From an uncultured Prevotella sp. (lineage in GTDB: Bacteria; Bacteroidota; Bacteroidia; Bacteroidales; Bacteroidaceae), in contig URRR01000005.1 of NCBI GenBank assembly GCA_900550365.1, positions 40,319 through 104,318 of the forward strand: a stretch of DNA of 64,000 bases, given 5' to 3'. The notes below the pieces were generated by a model. It saw only the letters and a list, made by a program, of their open reading frames with translations, ran no database searches and was not told where the DNA came from. The translations under genes were made by a program, and so were the position numbers. Position 1 is the stretch's first letter. The number at the start of each line of letters is the position of its first letter. Positions 10,160 to 18,704 of the stretch are shown in pieces.

Positions 10160-10179
10160 TTTCCTGTCTTTATTATGCT

Positions 10180-10420
10180 GCAAAGATAGTGCAAGGTGAG
10201 CGAAGTGCAAAACAAAAATGAGAGAAACGAACTTTTGTTTTCACTTCCGAGCCGCAGCCTATTTTATCTAAAGATAGTGCAAGGTGAGTGAAAAACCAAG
10301 ACGAAAACGAAGTTTTCAGTCGTGTTTTTCCGAACCGCAGCCTATCTTCGCGAAAGCAAAGATAGTGCAAGGTGAGCGAAGTGCAAAACAAAAATGAGAG
10401 AAACGAACTTTTGTTTTCAC
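10180..10420. repeat. 88-bp-period structured tandem repeat (about 2.7 units)
   Basis: aaagatagtgcaaggtgag at 10182, 10270 and 10358. 10180-10244 is identical to 10356-10420 (65 bp). Confidence 0.9.
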
Positions 10421-10543
10421 ATCTTTTATCCGTTATCAGTCATACTCCGGCCTGCCTGTGCAAGATAAATAAAAACGAGACTGACCGGGTATTGAATATA
10501 CGCCGTTTGCCGGCTTCCGTTCCGTTTAAAATCCGGCGGTTTC

Positions 10544-10623
10544 CAAAAGGCCGTCTTTCGGCTTGCAAAAGACGGCCTTTTAGCGTGCGATTTGCGGCCT
10601 TTTACAACACGAAAGACCGTCAA
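10544..10623. repeat. REP-like palindromic cluster
   Basis: caaaaggccgtctttcggcttgcaaaagacggcctttt plus degenerate copies. Confidence 0.85.
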
Positions 10624-10772
10624 TTAGAAATTCATTAAACTTTGACTTTAAATCAATACGCCAGAAGAGCGCCGACAACCGATGTTTTAACGCTTTTCAG
10701 TAATGCCGCGGCTGCTATGCACATGACGGATATCCGTCATCATATCTGCCGGCAGACATCAGACAGAAAAAC

Positions 10773-11156
10773 TTATTCAGTTATCTCAATGCGGTTGCCT
10801 TCAGGGTCAGCCACAGCACTCTCGTAACATCCGTCGCCTGTTGTGCGCGGCTCACTTAGTATGACGCAGCCGTCATTTCTCAACCGCTCTGTCAGGTTGT
10901 TGACATTCTCTTTACTCCCGACAGAGATTGCCAGATGAGCAAGTCCCAGCATGTCGTCACGGCTCCCGGTGCCGGACTTATCCGGCATGTGCATCAGTTC
11001 TATGCGTGCTCCCTCGCTGCCAGACAGGAAGTAAGAGGTAAATCCGCGTTTGCTGTTTATGTATTTTTCTCCCGATGTCAGTCCGAAATACTGCATGTAA
11101 AAACTCCGCATACGTTCAATGTCGTTTGTCCAAATTGCTACGTGTTCTATCTTCAT
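10773..11156 (-). CDS. VOC/glyoxalase family protein
   Basis: MKIEHVAIWT, RIELM, GLAHLAISVGS and ADPEGNRIEI. Confidence 0.9.
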   Translation of the reverse strand: MKIEHVAIWTNDIERMRSFYMQYFGLTSGEKYINSKRGFTSYFLSGSEGARIELMHMPDKSGTGSRDDMLGLAHLAISVGSKENVNNLTERLRNDGCVILSEPRTTGDGCYESAVADPEGNRIEITE

Positions 11157-11190
11157 AATATAGTTTTTGTCTTATAGCCGGCCATACATG

Positions 11191-11523
11191 TCAATGGCTG
11201 ACCGATTTTGAAAATACATTTATTGTTATTACTCCTGCTATGATGAGCGTAAGCCCCAGTATGGCGGGCAGGTCGAGGTGCTGTTTGAAAACGAAAAGTC
11301 CTATCAGGGCTATCAGCACTATGCCTACGCCCGACCAGATGGCATAGGCTATGCCTACGGGGATAGTCTTCAGGGCTATGCTGAGGCAATAGAAAGAAAC
11401 GCAATAGCAGACTACCGTTACTATCGACGGTATCAGTTTTGTGAATTGTTCACTCTTGTTCAGAAAAGAGGTGGCGATAGTCTCAAAGACTATGGCTGCT
11501 AATAAAACAATAAAATTCTTCAT
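11191..11523 (-). CDS. SMR family (EmrE/QacE-like) small multidrug efflux transporter
   Basis: 110 aa, four TM helices, Glu in TM1 (AIVFETIAT), IPVGIAYAIWSGVG. Confidence 0.92.
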   Translation of the reverse strand: MKNFIVLLAAIVFETIATSFLNKSEQFTKLIPSIVTVVCYCVSFYCLSIALKTIPVGIAYAIWSGVGIVLIALIGLFVFKQHLDLPAILGLTLIIAGVITINVFSKSVSH

Positions 11524-11642
11524 ATTTATTTATCGATTGTAACAACCCTGCCGCAAAGGTACTAAAAATATTAGTAATGCAGTAAACCTTGTCGGGATAT
11601 ATAAGATGTGGGCCTGTAACTCATTGATAATCAGCAGTGTTG

Positions 11643-11733
11643 TAAAAGGTCGTCTTTCATGTTGCGAAAGACGGCCTTTTGGCGTGTAAAAGATGACCTT
11701 TTAAAAGGTAAAAGGCCGTCTCTTGCAAAACGG
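11643..11733. repeat. REP-like palindromic cluster
   Basis: aaaaggtcgtctttc..gaaagacggcctttt..aaaagatgacctttt..aaaaggccgtctctt. Confidence 0.85.
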
Positions 11734-11740
11734 TCGGTGT

Positions 11741-12754
11741 TCAGTGTCGCTCGCGATATTTGCGTATGCGCAGCTGGATGTTGTCTTTCAGGCTGTCCTG
11801 ATATAGCCAAGGCTCCGCGCTGTGAAAGTCGCCGACGTTGAGAAAGCCGAGTATCGGCTGGTATTCGGCCCCGCTGTACCCCTTCACTACGAGCACATGA
11901 TGCTCCGGCGAGACGCTTACGGTGACGGTGTCGGCCAGCGTTGCCGGCGTGTCGTCAGTGCGCCAGTTTACGGGATTGATGCACATCGCGCACGGTGCGC
12001 TGACTACCGGCTTGATGTATTTTACGTCGGCAACAGAGTTGTAGCATATTGTCACGCCCGTGTCGGCGGCACCTTGTGCTGCGCGCAGGTTGCGTGTGGC
12101 GGCCGTGTCGGCAGGTGTCACTTTGTAGCCGAGCACGTATGCCGCCACGAAATGGCTGTAGACGTCAGCCGGCATTTCCTTAAGCAGCTCTACAACGGCC
12201 TTTCCGCCTTGGCTGAAACCTGCCAGAATGAACGGCCGCGTGGGGTCGCGCTGCTGCAGAAAGTGGCTGAAAGCGGCGCGCACATCACTCATGGCGAGCC
12301 TGAAGCGGTTGTTTATGGTGTCCTCGTTCTGCGTAGCCCACACGTTTATTGACATGTGGCGGTAGTAAGGCGAGTAGAAGTTGTTGCCTTCACCCATGTA
12401 TTCAGCGATGCGGCTTATCTCCTTATCCATGTCGGCACGCCGGTCGGCGTTGTGCACGTCGGCATAACGGCAGGGGCGGCCGTCTGCCGTTGTCCAGTCG
12501 GATATCCATGTTGAGACTATGTAAAACACGTCTGCGCCGGTGCCGTTATTGTCGTTTTCACGTATGAACCACATCATAGGGTCGTCGTAGTTGGGTGCTT
12601 CTGGCACGTATTCGGCCGCGGCCGTGCCTGGCGTATCGTCGTCACATGATGCGAGAATTGTGGCCGACTGTACGATGAATAACGACAACAGAATTGTTAT
12701 GAGCATACTTCTTGCGCGCTGAAACTTGCGGTTTCTTTCTTTGATTGATGTCAT
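11741..12754 (-). CDS. DUF3089-like alpha/beta-hydrolase lipoprotein
   Basis: ADVFYI, YSPYYR, RPFILAGFSQG nucleophile elbow, VAAYVLGY and CINPVNW. LASC lipobox-like signal. Confidence 0.8.
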   Translation of the reverse strand: MTSIKERNRKFQRARSMLITILLSLFIVQSATILASCDDDTPGTAAAEYVPEAPNYDDPMMWFIRENDNNGTGADVFYIVSTWISDWTTADGRPCRYADVHNADRRADMDKEISRIAEYMGEGNNFYSPYYRHMSINVWATQNEDTINNRFRLAMSDVRAAFSHFLQQRDPTRPFILAGFSQGGKAVVELLKEMPADVYSHFVAAYVLGYKVTPADTAATRNLRAAQGAADTGVTICYNSVADVKYIKPVVSAPCAMCINPVNWRTDDTPATLADTVTVSVSPEHHVLVVKGYSGAEYQPILGFLNVGDFHSAEPWLYQDSLKDNIQLRIRKYRERH

Positions 12755-12811
12755 ATTGATGTATTGTGTGATGTTGACGTGATTGCAGATTTTCTCTGAA
12801 CGTTATATACA

Positions 12812-12869
12812 CAGACAGCCGTCAAGGCGCGGCGGATTGATTGTAACGCCATGCCTGACGGCTGTCTGA
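12812..12869 (-). terminator. stem-loop downstream of acyl-CoA dehydrogenase
   Basis: cagacagccgtca ... tgacggctgtctg inverted repeat. Confidence 0.55.
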
Positions 12870-12888
12870 ATGTTGTCTGTATGCCGTA

Positions 12889-14613
12889 TTATTCGGCCTC
12901 AGCCTCCGCAGCGCGGAAGTTTACGAGGTCTTCAGCGATAAAGCTCTTGACGTATGTGTAGTGGCCTACCACCTCTTCTTCGGCCATGCGCACGTAAACG
13001 TTGGCACTCTTGGTGAAGAGCTCAGGCGCACGGGTAGCGTCGTCAAGGATGAGCAGAGACATTATGATGTCGCCGGTCATGTCGTACAGACGGCGCGCAA
13101 GGAAGTCGTGAGCTTCCTGGTTGCCCAGTTCCTTAGTGTAGTTAACGGCCTGCTCATACAGTTCGGTCATCTTTCTGACGCGCTCCTGCAGAGGTTTCAG
13201 CTCCTCGGCAACCTCGCCTTCGAGCATCTCCTTTATTATGCCGAGATACGTTCCGTTGGTGATGTAACGTATTGCGGCCACAACCTGCAGCTGAGTTGTT
13301 CCCTCATAGATAGAGAAGATGCGTGCGTCGCGGTAGAGACGCTGGCTCTTATACTCCATGATGAAGCCAGAACCGCCGTGTACCTGGATGGCGTCGTAAG
13401 CGTTCTGGTTGACATATTCTGAGTTCATTCCCTTCGCAATGGGCGTGAAGGCGTCAGCCAGCCTGGTGTATTTCTTCAGCTCCTGGCGCTCCTCGGGCGT
13501 CAGTTTGCGCTCGCGAGAGATGTCTTCAAGAGCCTTGTAGATGTCAACATAGCGTGCCGTCATGTACAGAATGCTGCGTCCGGCGTCAAGTTTCGCCTTC
13601 ATACGTGCCAGCATGTCGTAGACTGCGGGGAAGTTGATGATGGTCTTGTCGAACTGTCTGCGCTCCTTGGCGTAGGCAAGTGCTTCATTATAAGCGGCCT
13701 GGCTTACACCCACGCTCTGTGCGGCGATGCCCAGACGGGCGCCGTTCATCAGCGCCATCACATACTTGATAAGTCCCAGACGGGTGCTTCCGCACAGCTC
13801 GGCCTTGGCGTTCTTGAACACAAGCTCGCACGTAGGAGAGCCGTGGATGCCCAGCTTGTTCTCAATGTGGCGCACGGTTACGCCACCGTTTCTCTTGTCG
13901 TAGATGAACATTGACAGTCCGCGGCCGTCGTGAGTGCCGGCCTCGCTGCGCGCGAGAACCAGGTGAATGTCTGAATCTCCGTTGGTAATGAAGCGCTTTA
14001 CGCCGTTGAGCAGCCAGCAGCCGTCGGCCTCGCTGTATGTAGCCTTGAGCATTACGCGCTGCAGGTCAGAGCCTGCGTCAGGCTCGGTGAGGTCCATACT
14101 CATGGTCTCTCCGGCGCATACGCGCGGTATGTACTTCTGTCTCTGCTCCTCGCTGCCGAACTCATAGAGCGTCTCTATGCAGTCCTGAAGGCTCCATATG
14201 TTCTGGAATCCTGCGTCAGCAGCGGCCACAATCTCTGAAGCCATTGAGTAAGGAGTAACCGGCATGTTAAGTCCGCCGTAGCGGCGGGGCATCGATACGC
14301 CCCAAAGACCTGCCTTACGGGTTACGTCAAGGTTCTCATAAGTCTTTGAAGCATAGTGCATGCGGCCGTCAACGAGGTGCGGACCTTCCAGGTCTACTTC
14401 CTCACTGTTGGGCTCGAGCACGTTGGCGGCGATGTCACCGGTGATCTCCAGAAGTCTCTTATAGTTCTCAATAGCGTCCTGATAGTCAACAGGCGCGTCT
14501 GCGTATTCATCCTTGTCGGCGAAGTTGCGTTCCTTCAGCTCTACAATCCGCTTCATCAGGGGGTGGTTGAGGTGGAACTCAAACTCAGGATGGTCTGTAT
14601 AATAGTTTGCCAT
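12889..14613 (-). CDS. acyl-CoA dehydrogenase
   Basis: MDLTEPDAGSDL, LNGVKRFITNG, KLGIHGSPTCEL, MNGARLG, IQVHGGSG and IYEGTTQLQ. Lies downstream of etfBA. Confidence 0.95.
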   Translation of the reverse strand: MANYYTDHPEFEFHLNHPLMKRIVELKERNFADKDEYADAPVDYQDAIENYKRLLEITGDIAANVLEPNSEEVDLEGPHLVDGRMHYASKTYENLDVTRKAGLWGVSMPRRYGGLNMPVTPYSMASEIVAAADAGFQNIWSLQDCIETLYEFGSEEQRQKYIPRVCAGETMSMDLTEPDAGSDLQRVMLKATYSEADGCWLLNGVKRFITNGDSDIHLVLARSEAGTHDGRGLSMFIYDKRNGGVTVRHIENKLGIHGSPTCELVFKNAKAELCGSTRLGLIKYVMALMNGARLGIAAQSVGVSQAAYNEALAYAKERRQFDKTIINFPAVYDMLARMKAKLDAGRSILYMTARYVDIYKALEDISRERKLTPEERQELKKYTRLADAFTPIAKGMNSEYVNQNAYDAIQVHGGSGFIMEYKSQRLYRDARIFSIYEGTTQLQVVAAIRYITNGTYLGIIKEMLEGEVAEELKPLQERVRKMTELYEQAVNYTKELGNQEAHDFLARRLYDMTGDIIMSLLILDDATRAPELFTKSANVYVRMAEEEVVGHYTYVKSFIAEDLVNFRAAEAEAE

Positions 14614-14682
14614 TGTTTTTATTTTTATGAAGCTGATGTAAACTGACGTCAGTCAGATGTTACCAGCTTCTTATTTAAATTG

Positions 14683-15705
14683 TTATTTACTGTTCTGCTT
14701 GTAATACTTGATGAGTTTCGGAACCACCTCCTCAACGGTGCCTACAATAACGTAATCAGCTATCTTGTTGATTGGAGCGTCAGGGTCACTGTTGATTGAG
14801 ATGATGATGCCCGAGTCCTGCATGCCGGCTATGTGCTGTATCTGTCCGGAGATACCGCAGGCAATATACACTTTCGGATGCACCGTAACGCCGGTCTGGC
14901 CGATCTGTCTGTCGTGGTCAACGAAGCCCGCATCCACTGCGGCACGGCTCGCGCCGACCTCTCCGTGAAGCTCTTTGGCAAGCTGGAAGAGCTGGTCAAA
15001 GCCTTCCTTGCTGCCCACACCGTAACCTCCGGCAACGACAATCGGCGCGCCCTTAAGGTTGTGCTTGGCGGCCTCTACGTGGCGGTCGATAACCTTTACG
15101 ATGAAGTCTGCCGGGTCAGTGTACTTGCCGGCATCGGGATAAACAACCTCGTTCTTTGCCTTGCCGTCATACAACGCCTTCTGCATAACGCCGCTGCGGA
15201 CGGTCGCCATCTGCGGTCTGTGGTCGGGGTTGACGATTGTCGCCACGATGTTACCGCCGAAAGCGGGACGTATCTGGTAAAGAAGATTGTCGTAATGCTT
15301 GCCCGCCTTCTTGTCATCATAGTCTCCGATTTCGAGCTGTGTGCAGTCGGCGGTCAGTCCGCTGGTGAGTGATGACGACACGCGCGGCCCCAAGTCGCGG
15401 CCTATAACGGTTGCGCCCATGAGGCAGATCTGTGGTTTCTCCTCCTTGAAAAGGTTCACGAGGATTGACGTGTGGGGCGCAGACGTGTACGGGAACAGCC
15501 CCTCGGCATCGAAAACGAACAGCTTGTCAACGCCGTAAGGCAGTATCTGGCTCTCCACTTTGTCCTTGATGACCGTGCCTGCTACGACGGCGTGCAGCTC
15601 AACGCCAAGCTGGTTGGCGAGCTTGCGGCCCTTGGTGAGCAGTTCTTGTGATACTTCGGCAACGGTAGTGCCTTCTATTTCGCAATATACAAATACGTTG
15701 TTCAT
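14683..15705 (-). CDS. etfA: electron transfer flavoprotein alpha subunit
   Basis: GLTADCT, RPAFGGN, RPQMATVR, GASRAAVD, QIGQTG and GISGQIQHIAGM. Confidence 0.96.
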   Translation of the reverse strand: MNNVFVYCEIEGTTVAEVSQELLTKGRKLANQLGVELHAVVAGTVIKDKVESQILPYGVDKLFVFDAEGLFPYTSAPHTSILVNLFKEEKPQICLMGATVIGRDLGPRVSSSLTSGLTADCTQLEIGDYDDKKAGKHYDNLLYQIRPAFGGNIVATIVNPDHRPQMATVRSGVMQKALYDGKAKNEVVYPDAGKYTDPADFIVKVIDRHVEAAKHNLKGAPIVVAGGYGVGSKEGFDQLFQLAKELHGEVGASRAAVDAGFVDHDRQIGQTGVTVHPKVYIACGISGQIQHIAGMQDSGIIISINSDPDAPINKIADYVIVGTVEEVVPKLIKYYKQNSK

Positions 15706-15717
15706 GTCTTTATTTTT

Positions 15718-15751
15718 AAGGAGTAGAGGAGTAAGGAGTAAAGGAGTAAGT
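15718..15751. repeat. purine-rich repeat arm downstream of the four-helix-bundle gene
   Basis: aaggagtagaggagtaaggagtaaaggagtaagt. Confidence 0.85.
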
Positions 15752-15816
15752 CACATTACCCTATGTGGTTCAGCGCGGCGGAGCGACATTTATAAGTTAC
15801 GGAGCCTTTTTTTTAC

Positions 15817-16185
15817 CTATAAGACACTGTTGTTCTTAATACCTTTATAGTATGCGTTCAGCAACCTGCTGGCCTCTTCAAGCTCGCCGTTCAACCTGTC
15901 GTAGACGTCAGAACTGATATATTCAAGGTCTTTTGACAGAAGGATGTAATATCTGCATTCCTCAAGACTGCCCTGCGCGATGTTAAGGAAGCGCAGTTTG
16001 TCGGCCATTCCGTCCCGGCGATAGCCTTCCGCAATGTTGGCAGGAATGGATACCGCCGCCCTTTGAAACTGCGAACAGAGTCCGTATCGCTCAGCCGGCG
16101 GAAACTGGCTTGTGGCCTTATAAACCGTTATAACAAGCTGATGTGCCTTTTGCCAGGCTATAATTTCCTTGAAGCTCCGCGTCAT
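15817..16185 (-). CDS. four helix bundle protein (23S rRNA intervening-sequence protein family)
   Basis: F.E...WQKA, FP..E.YGL.SQ..RAAVSIPANIAEG and FLNIAQGSLEE signature; 122 aa. Confidence 0.93.
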   Translation of the reverse strand: MTRSFKEIIAWQKAHQLVITVYKATSQFPPAERYGLCSQFQRAAVSIPANIAEGYRRDGMADKLRFLNIAQGSLEECRYYILLSKDLEYISSDVYDRLNGELEEASRLLNAYYKGIKNNSVL

Positions 16186-16190
16186 TTCAA

Positions 16191-16247
16191 CCTACTACTT
16201 ACTGCATTTACTTCTTACTACTTACTACATTTACTACTTACTACTTC
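16191..16247. repeat. repeat arm upstream of the four-helix-bundle gene, inverted relative to 15718-15751
   Basis: cctactacttactgcatttacttcttactacttactacatttactacttactacttc. Confidence 0.85.
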
Positions 16248-16252
16248 CCAAT

Positions 16253-17122
16253 TTACCCAATTATTTTCTCTTCAAGCAGTTCCTTAATCATGCCTTCAAT
16301 GTCAGCGTCGCTGCCGGTCAGGGTCTTGCTTTCCTTGGCCTGGAACACTATGTTCTTGACAGCTTTCACCTTAGTGGGCGAGCCTGCCAGTCCGCACTGC
16401 TGCGGGTCACCGTTGATGTCGGCAACGGCCCACTGGTTAAGGGTAAGATACGGACGCGTCTCATACAGGTCGGCGTAGGGCATGTCAGCCGTGCGCTCGA
16501 GGGGTACGGTGGCGTGTTTGTACTTCATCACGAGCTTGGCGTTGCACGGACGGCACGGAGCGGCGCTGCCGTTAACGGTTATTACGATAGGCATTGGAGC
16601 CTCAACCGTCTCCACGCCGCCGTCGATGTGGCGGCGGATAGTCAGCTTGCCGTCCTCACACTTCAGTATCTCCTCGGCGTAAGTCACCTGTGACAGACCG
16701 AGCTTCTGTGCCACCTGCGGGCCCACCTGTGCCGTATCGCCGTCGATAGCCTGGCGTCCGCCGATGATGATGTCAGCCCCGCCGATATGCTTGATGGCCG
16801 TGGCGAGGGCGTAAGAAGTTGCCAGGGTGTCGGCTCCGGCAAACAGACGGTCGGTCAGCAGCCAGCCAGTGTCAGCTCCGCGGTAAAGTCCCTGGCGGAT
16901 GATTTCAGCCGCGCGGGGCGGTCCCATGGTAAGAATGCCGACCGTAGAGCCGGGGTTCTGCTCTTTCAGGCGCAACGCCTGCTCAAGCGCGTTAAGGTCT
17001 TCAGGATTGAAGATAGCGGGCAGGGCGGCGCGGTTAACCGTTCCTTCGGCGGTCATGGCGTCCTTGCCCACGTTCCTCGTGTCGGGCACTTGCTTTGCAA
17101 GTACGATGATTTTAAGATTCAT
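16253..17122 (-). CDS. etfB: electron transfer flavoprotein beta subunit
   Basis: KQVPDT, NPEDLNALE, TMGPP, GADTLAT and GRQAIDGDTAQVGPQ. Confidence 0.96.
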   Translation of the reverse strand: MNLKIIVLAKQVPDTRNVGKDAMTAEGTVNRAALPAIFNPEDLNALEQALRLKEQNPGSTVGILTMGPPRAAEIIRQGLYRGADTGWLLTDRLFAGADTLATSYALATAIKHIGGADIIIGGRQAIDGDTAQVGPQVAQKLGLSQVTYAEEILKCEDGKLTIRRHIDGGVETVEAPMPIVITVNGSAAPCRPCNAKLVMKYKHATVPLERTADMPYADLYETRPYLTLNQWAVADINGDPQQCGLAGSPTKVKAVKNIVFQAKESKTLTGSDADIEGMIKELLEEKIIG

Positions 17123-17257
17123 AGTAATATATTATAATGTGAAATTCATGATTGCAAAAATACACTTTTTTTGTTTTTCAACAAAGAGAAAAGGCGTTAT
17201 TAGTAGTTAAAGTGGCCTCACCGGGGCCGTACATGTACGTTTTTCATATATAAAAAA

Positions 17258-17349
17258 GAGCCTGAGACAGTCAGAAGTGATAACAGCATCTGCGGTAATG
17301 TATGCTGATTAAGGCCGTGGCCGTTATCATTTCTGACTGTCTCAGGCTA
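17258..17349 (-). terminator. long inverted repeat downstream of the META gene
   Basis: agcctgagacagtcagaa..gataac / gttatc..ttctgactgtctcaggct, flanked by A and T runs. Confidence 0.65.
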
Positions 17350-17387
17350 TTTTTATACAACAATCAACGTCTTTAACTGCCTGATTA

Positions 17388-17822
17388 TTATTTCTTTTCC
17401 ATTGTCATGAGGGCCTTGCCGTCTTCTGACTTGAACACCAGCTTGCCGCCCTTTTCCATTTCAAACGAGCGCGTCTTGTTGATTGCGTCGAGCACCTTGC
17501 CCTCAGTCTCCATGTCGGGGCACATCATCCGTGTGCTGCCGGCCTGTCCGAAAGATATCTTACCCTTCTTGGCGTCGGCCTCAAATCCGCCCAACAGATT
17601 GTTGCAACTGGTGTTGCCGTAGAGCCGCTTCTCCTTGACGTTAAGTCCGATGAAGGCCTCTTTCTCTCCAGGAGCGGCCTTTACGTCCTTGCCGCCCACT
17701 TTAACTATCTTCCACTCGCCGTTGAGTGCGTCTAATGACGCTACTGCCGTGCGCGACGTGCCGCATGCCGTGAAGCCGGCAGCCACGCCTGCCATGCACA
17801 ATGCAATAAACAGTTTCTTCAT
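17388..17822 (-). CDS. META domain (HslJ-like) lipoprotein
   Basis: Lipobox FTAC. LNGEWKI, GNTSCN and GSTRMMC motifs. Confidence 0.9.
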   Translation of the reverse strand: MKKLFIALCMAGVAAGFTACGTSRTAVASLDALNGEWKIVKVGGKDVKAAPGEKEAFIGLNVKEKRLYGNTSCNNLLGGFEADAKKGKISFGQAGSTRMMCPDMETEGKVLDAINKTRSFEMEKGGKLVFKSEDGKALMTMEKK

Positions 17823-18263
17823 TTCTTTACCTTCTTTATTTTATTTGTAATTCGGCCACGATGACCGTTTTTTACGCCGCCCGTAGGCTTAGCGGGTGCA
17901 AATGTAGTGAAAAACGCGGTAACAGCAGTGTTTAAAGCGTTAAGAATTAAGAAAACATCGTTAACAAAACTCTTACGCCACAAGGCCGCGGCACAATGCT
18001 GCGCGCGGCCGCATACGGTCTGACTTGCCGCCGGGCATGCAGCGGCTGCCGGCGTGTGCGCATGTTGACATGTGTCAGTCAGGCAGCCTTAAGTGCTTAC
18101 ATATTGATTTCTTCAAGGCCTCTTATTTTGCGATATTCTGAAAAACAAAACCGTCGGCGGCAAATATCGCAAGGATAAGTGTGCAGCGTCAACCGCCTGA
18201 CCGTCAACGCATTACAGCCCTACCACCCCCTAATTGCGCAATGCTTTGAGGCTTCGTGCCGTG

Positions 18264-18324
18264 TAAAAGACGGCCTTTTAGAGAGCAAAAGACGGCCTTT
18301 TACATGGCAGAAGGCCGTCAACGG
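18264..18324. repeat. REP-like palindromic cluster
   Basis: Two direct aaaagacggcctttt copies plus aaggccgtc. Confidence 0.85.
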
Positions 18325-18704
18325 GAGTGCGGCGGACGGCCTTCAGACGCGCGAAGCATGCCCTGCCCTACTCAATCAACGGCTGTTTGCGCGGCAAGGG
18401 GCTGTTTTCAGTGCTGAAATACGTCGCCTCCTGGCTTGTATTTAATCTGTAACGGCCGGTCAGGCGGACATTTTCTGATTATCATTTTGTCACTGTTCAA
18501 GCCGTAAAGGCATCTTTACGTCACCCCGGCAACGCCGCCGGCAGACTGCGGCCGGCCAACAGCGCGCTCTCCATTTATATAGCAAAAAACATCATCCTTT
18601 CTTGCTCTTTTCGTCATTATTACGTATATTTGCTTTCGCAAAGACAGGATACGGCGGCCGGCACCACGCCGGACGCCATTAATTAATGCGCCTCATTAAC
18701 AGCT

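Noticed and set aside
10180..10420. CRISPR array interpretation of the 88-bp repeats
   Set aside because: Only three units, variable parts are related to each other (1 and 3 identical), and no cas genes are in the window.
10173..10638. Short ORFs over repeats (also 18179-18445, 27221-27490, 31748-31972) sharing KRRPF-like peptides
   Set aside because: The shared peptide is simply the translation of the REP core; no evidence they are genes.
15817..16185. Diversity-generating retroelement (Avd-like gene)
   Set aside because: No reverse transcriptase and no template/variable repeat pair differing at adenines was seen in the window.
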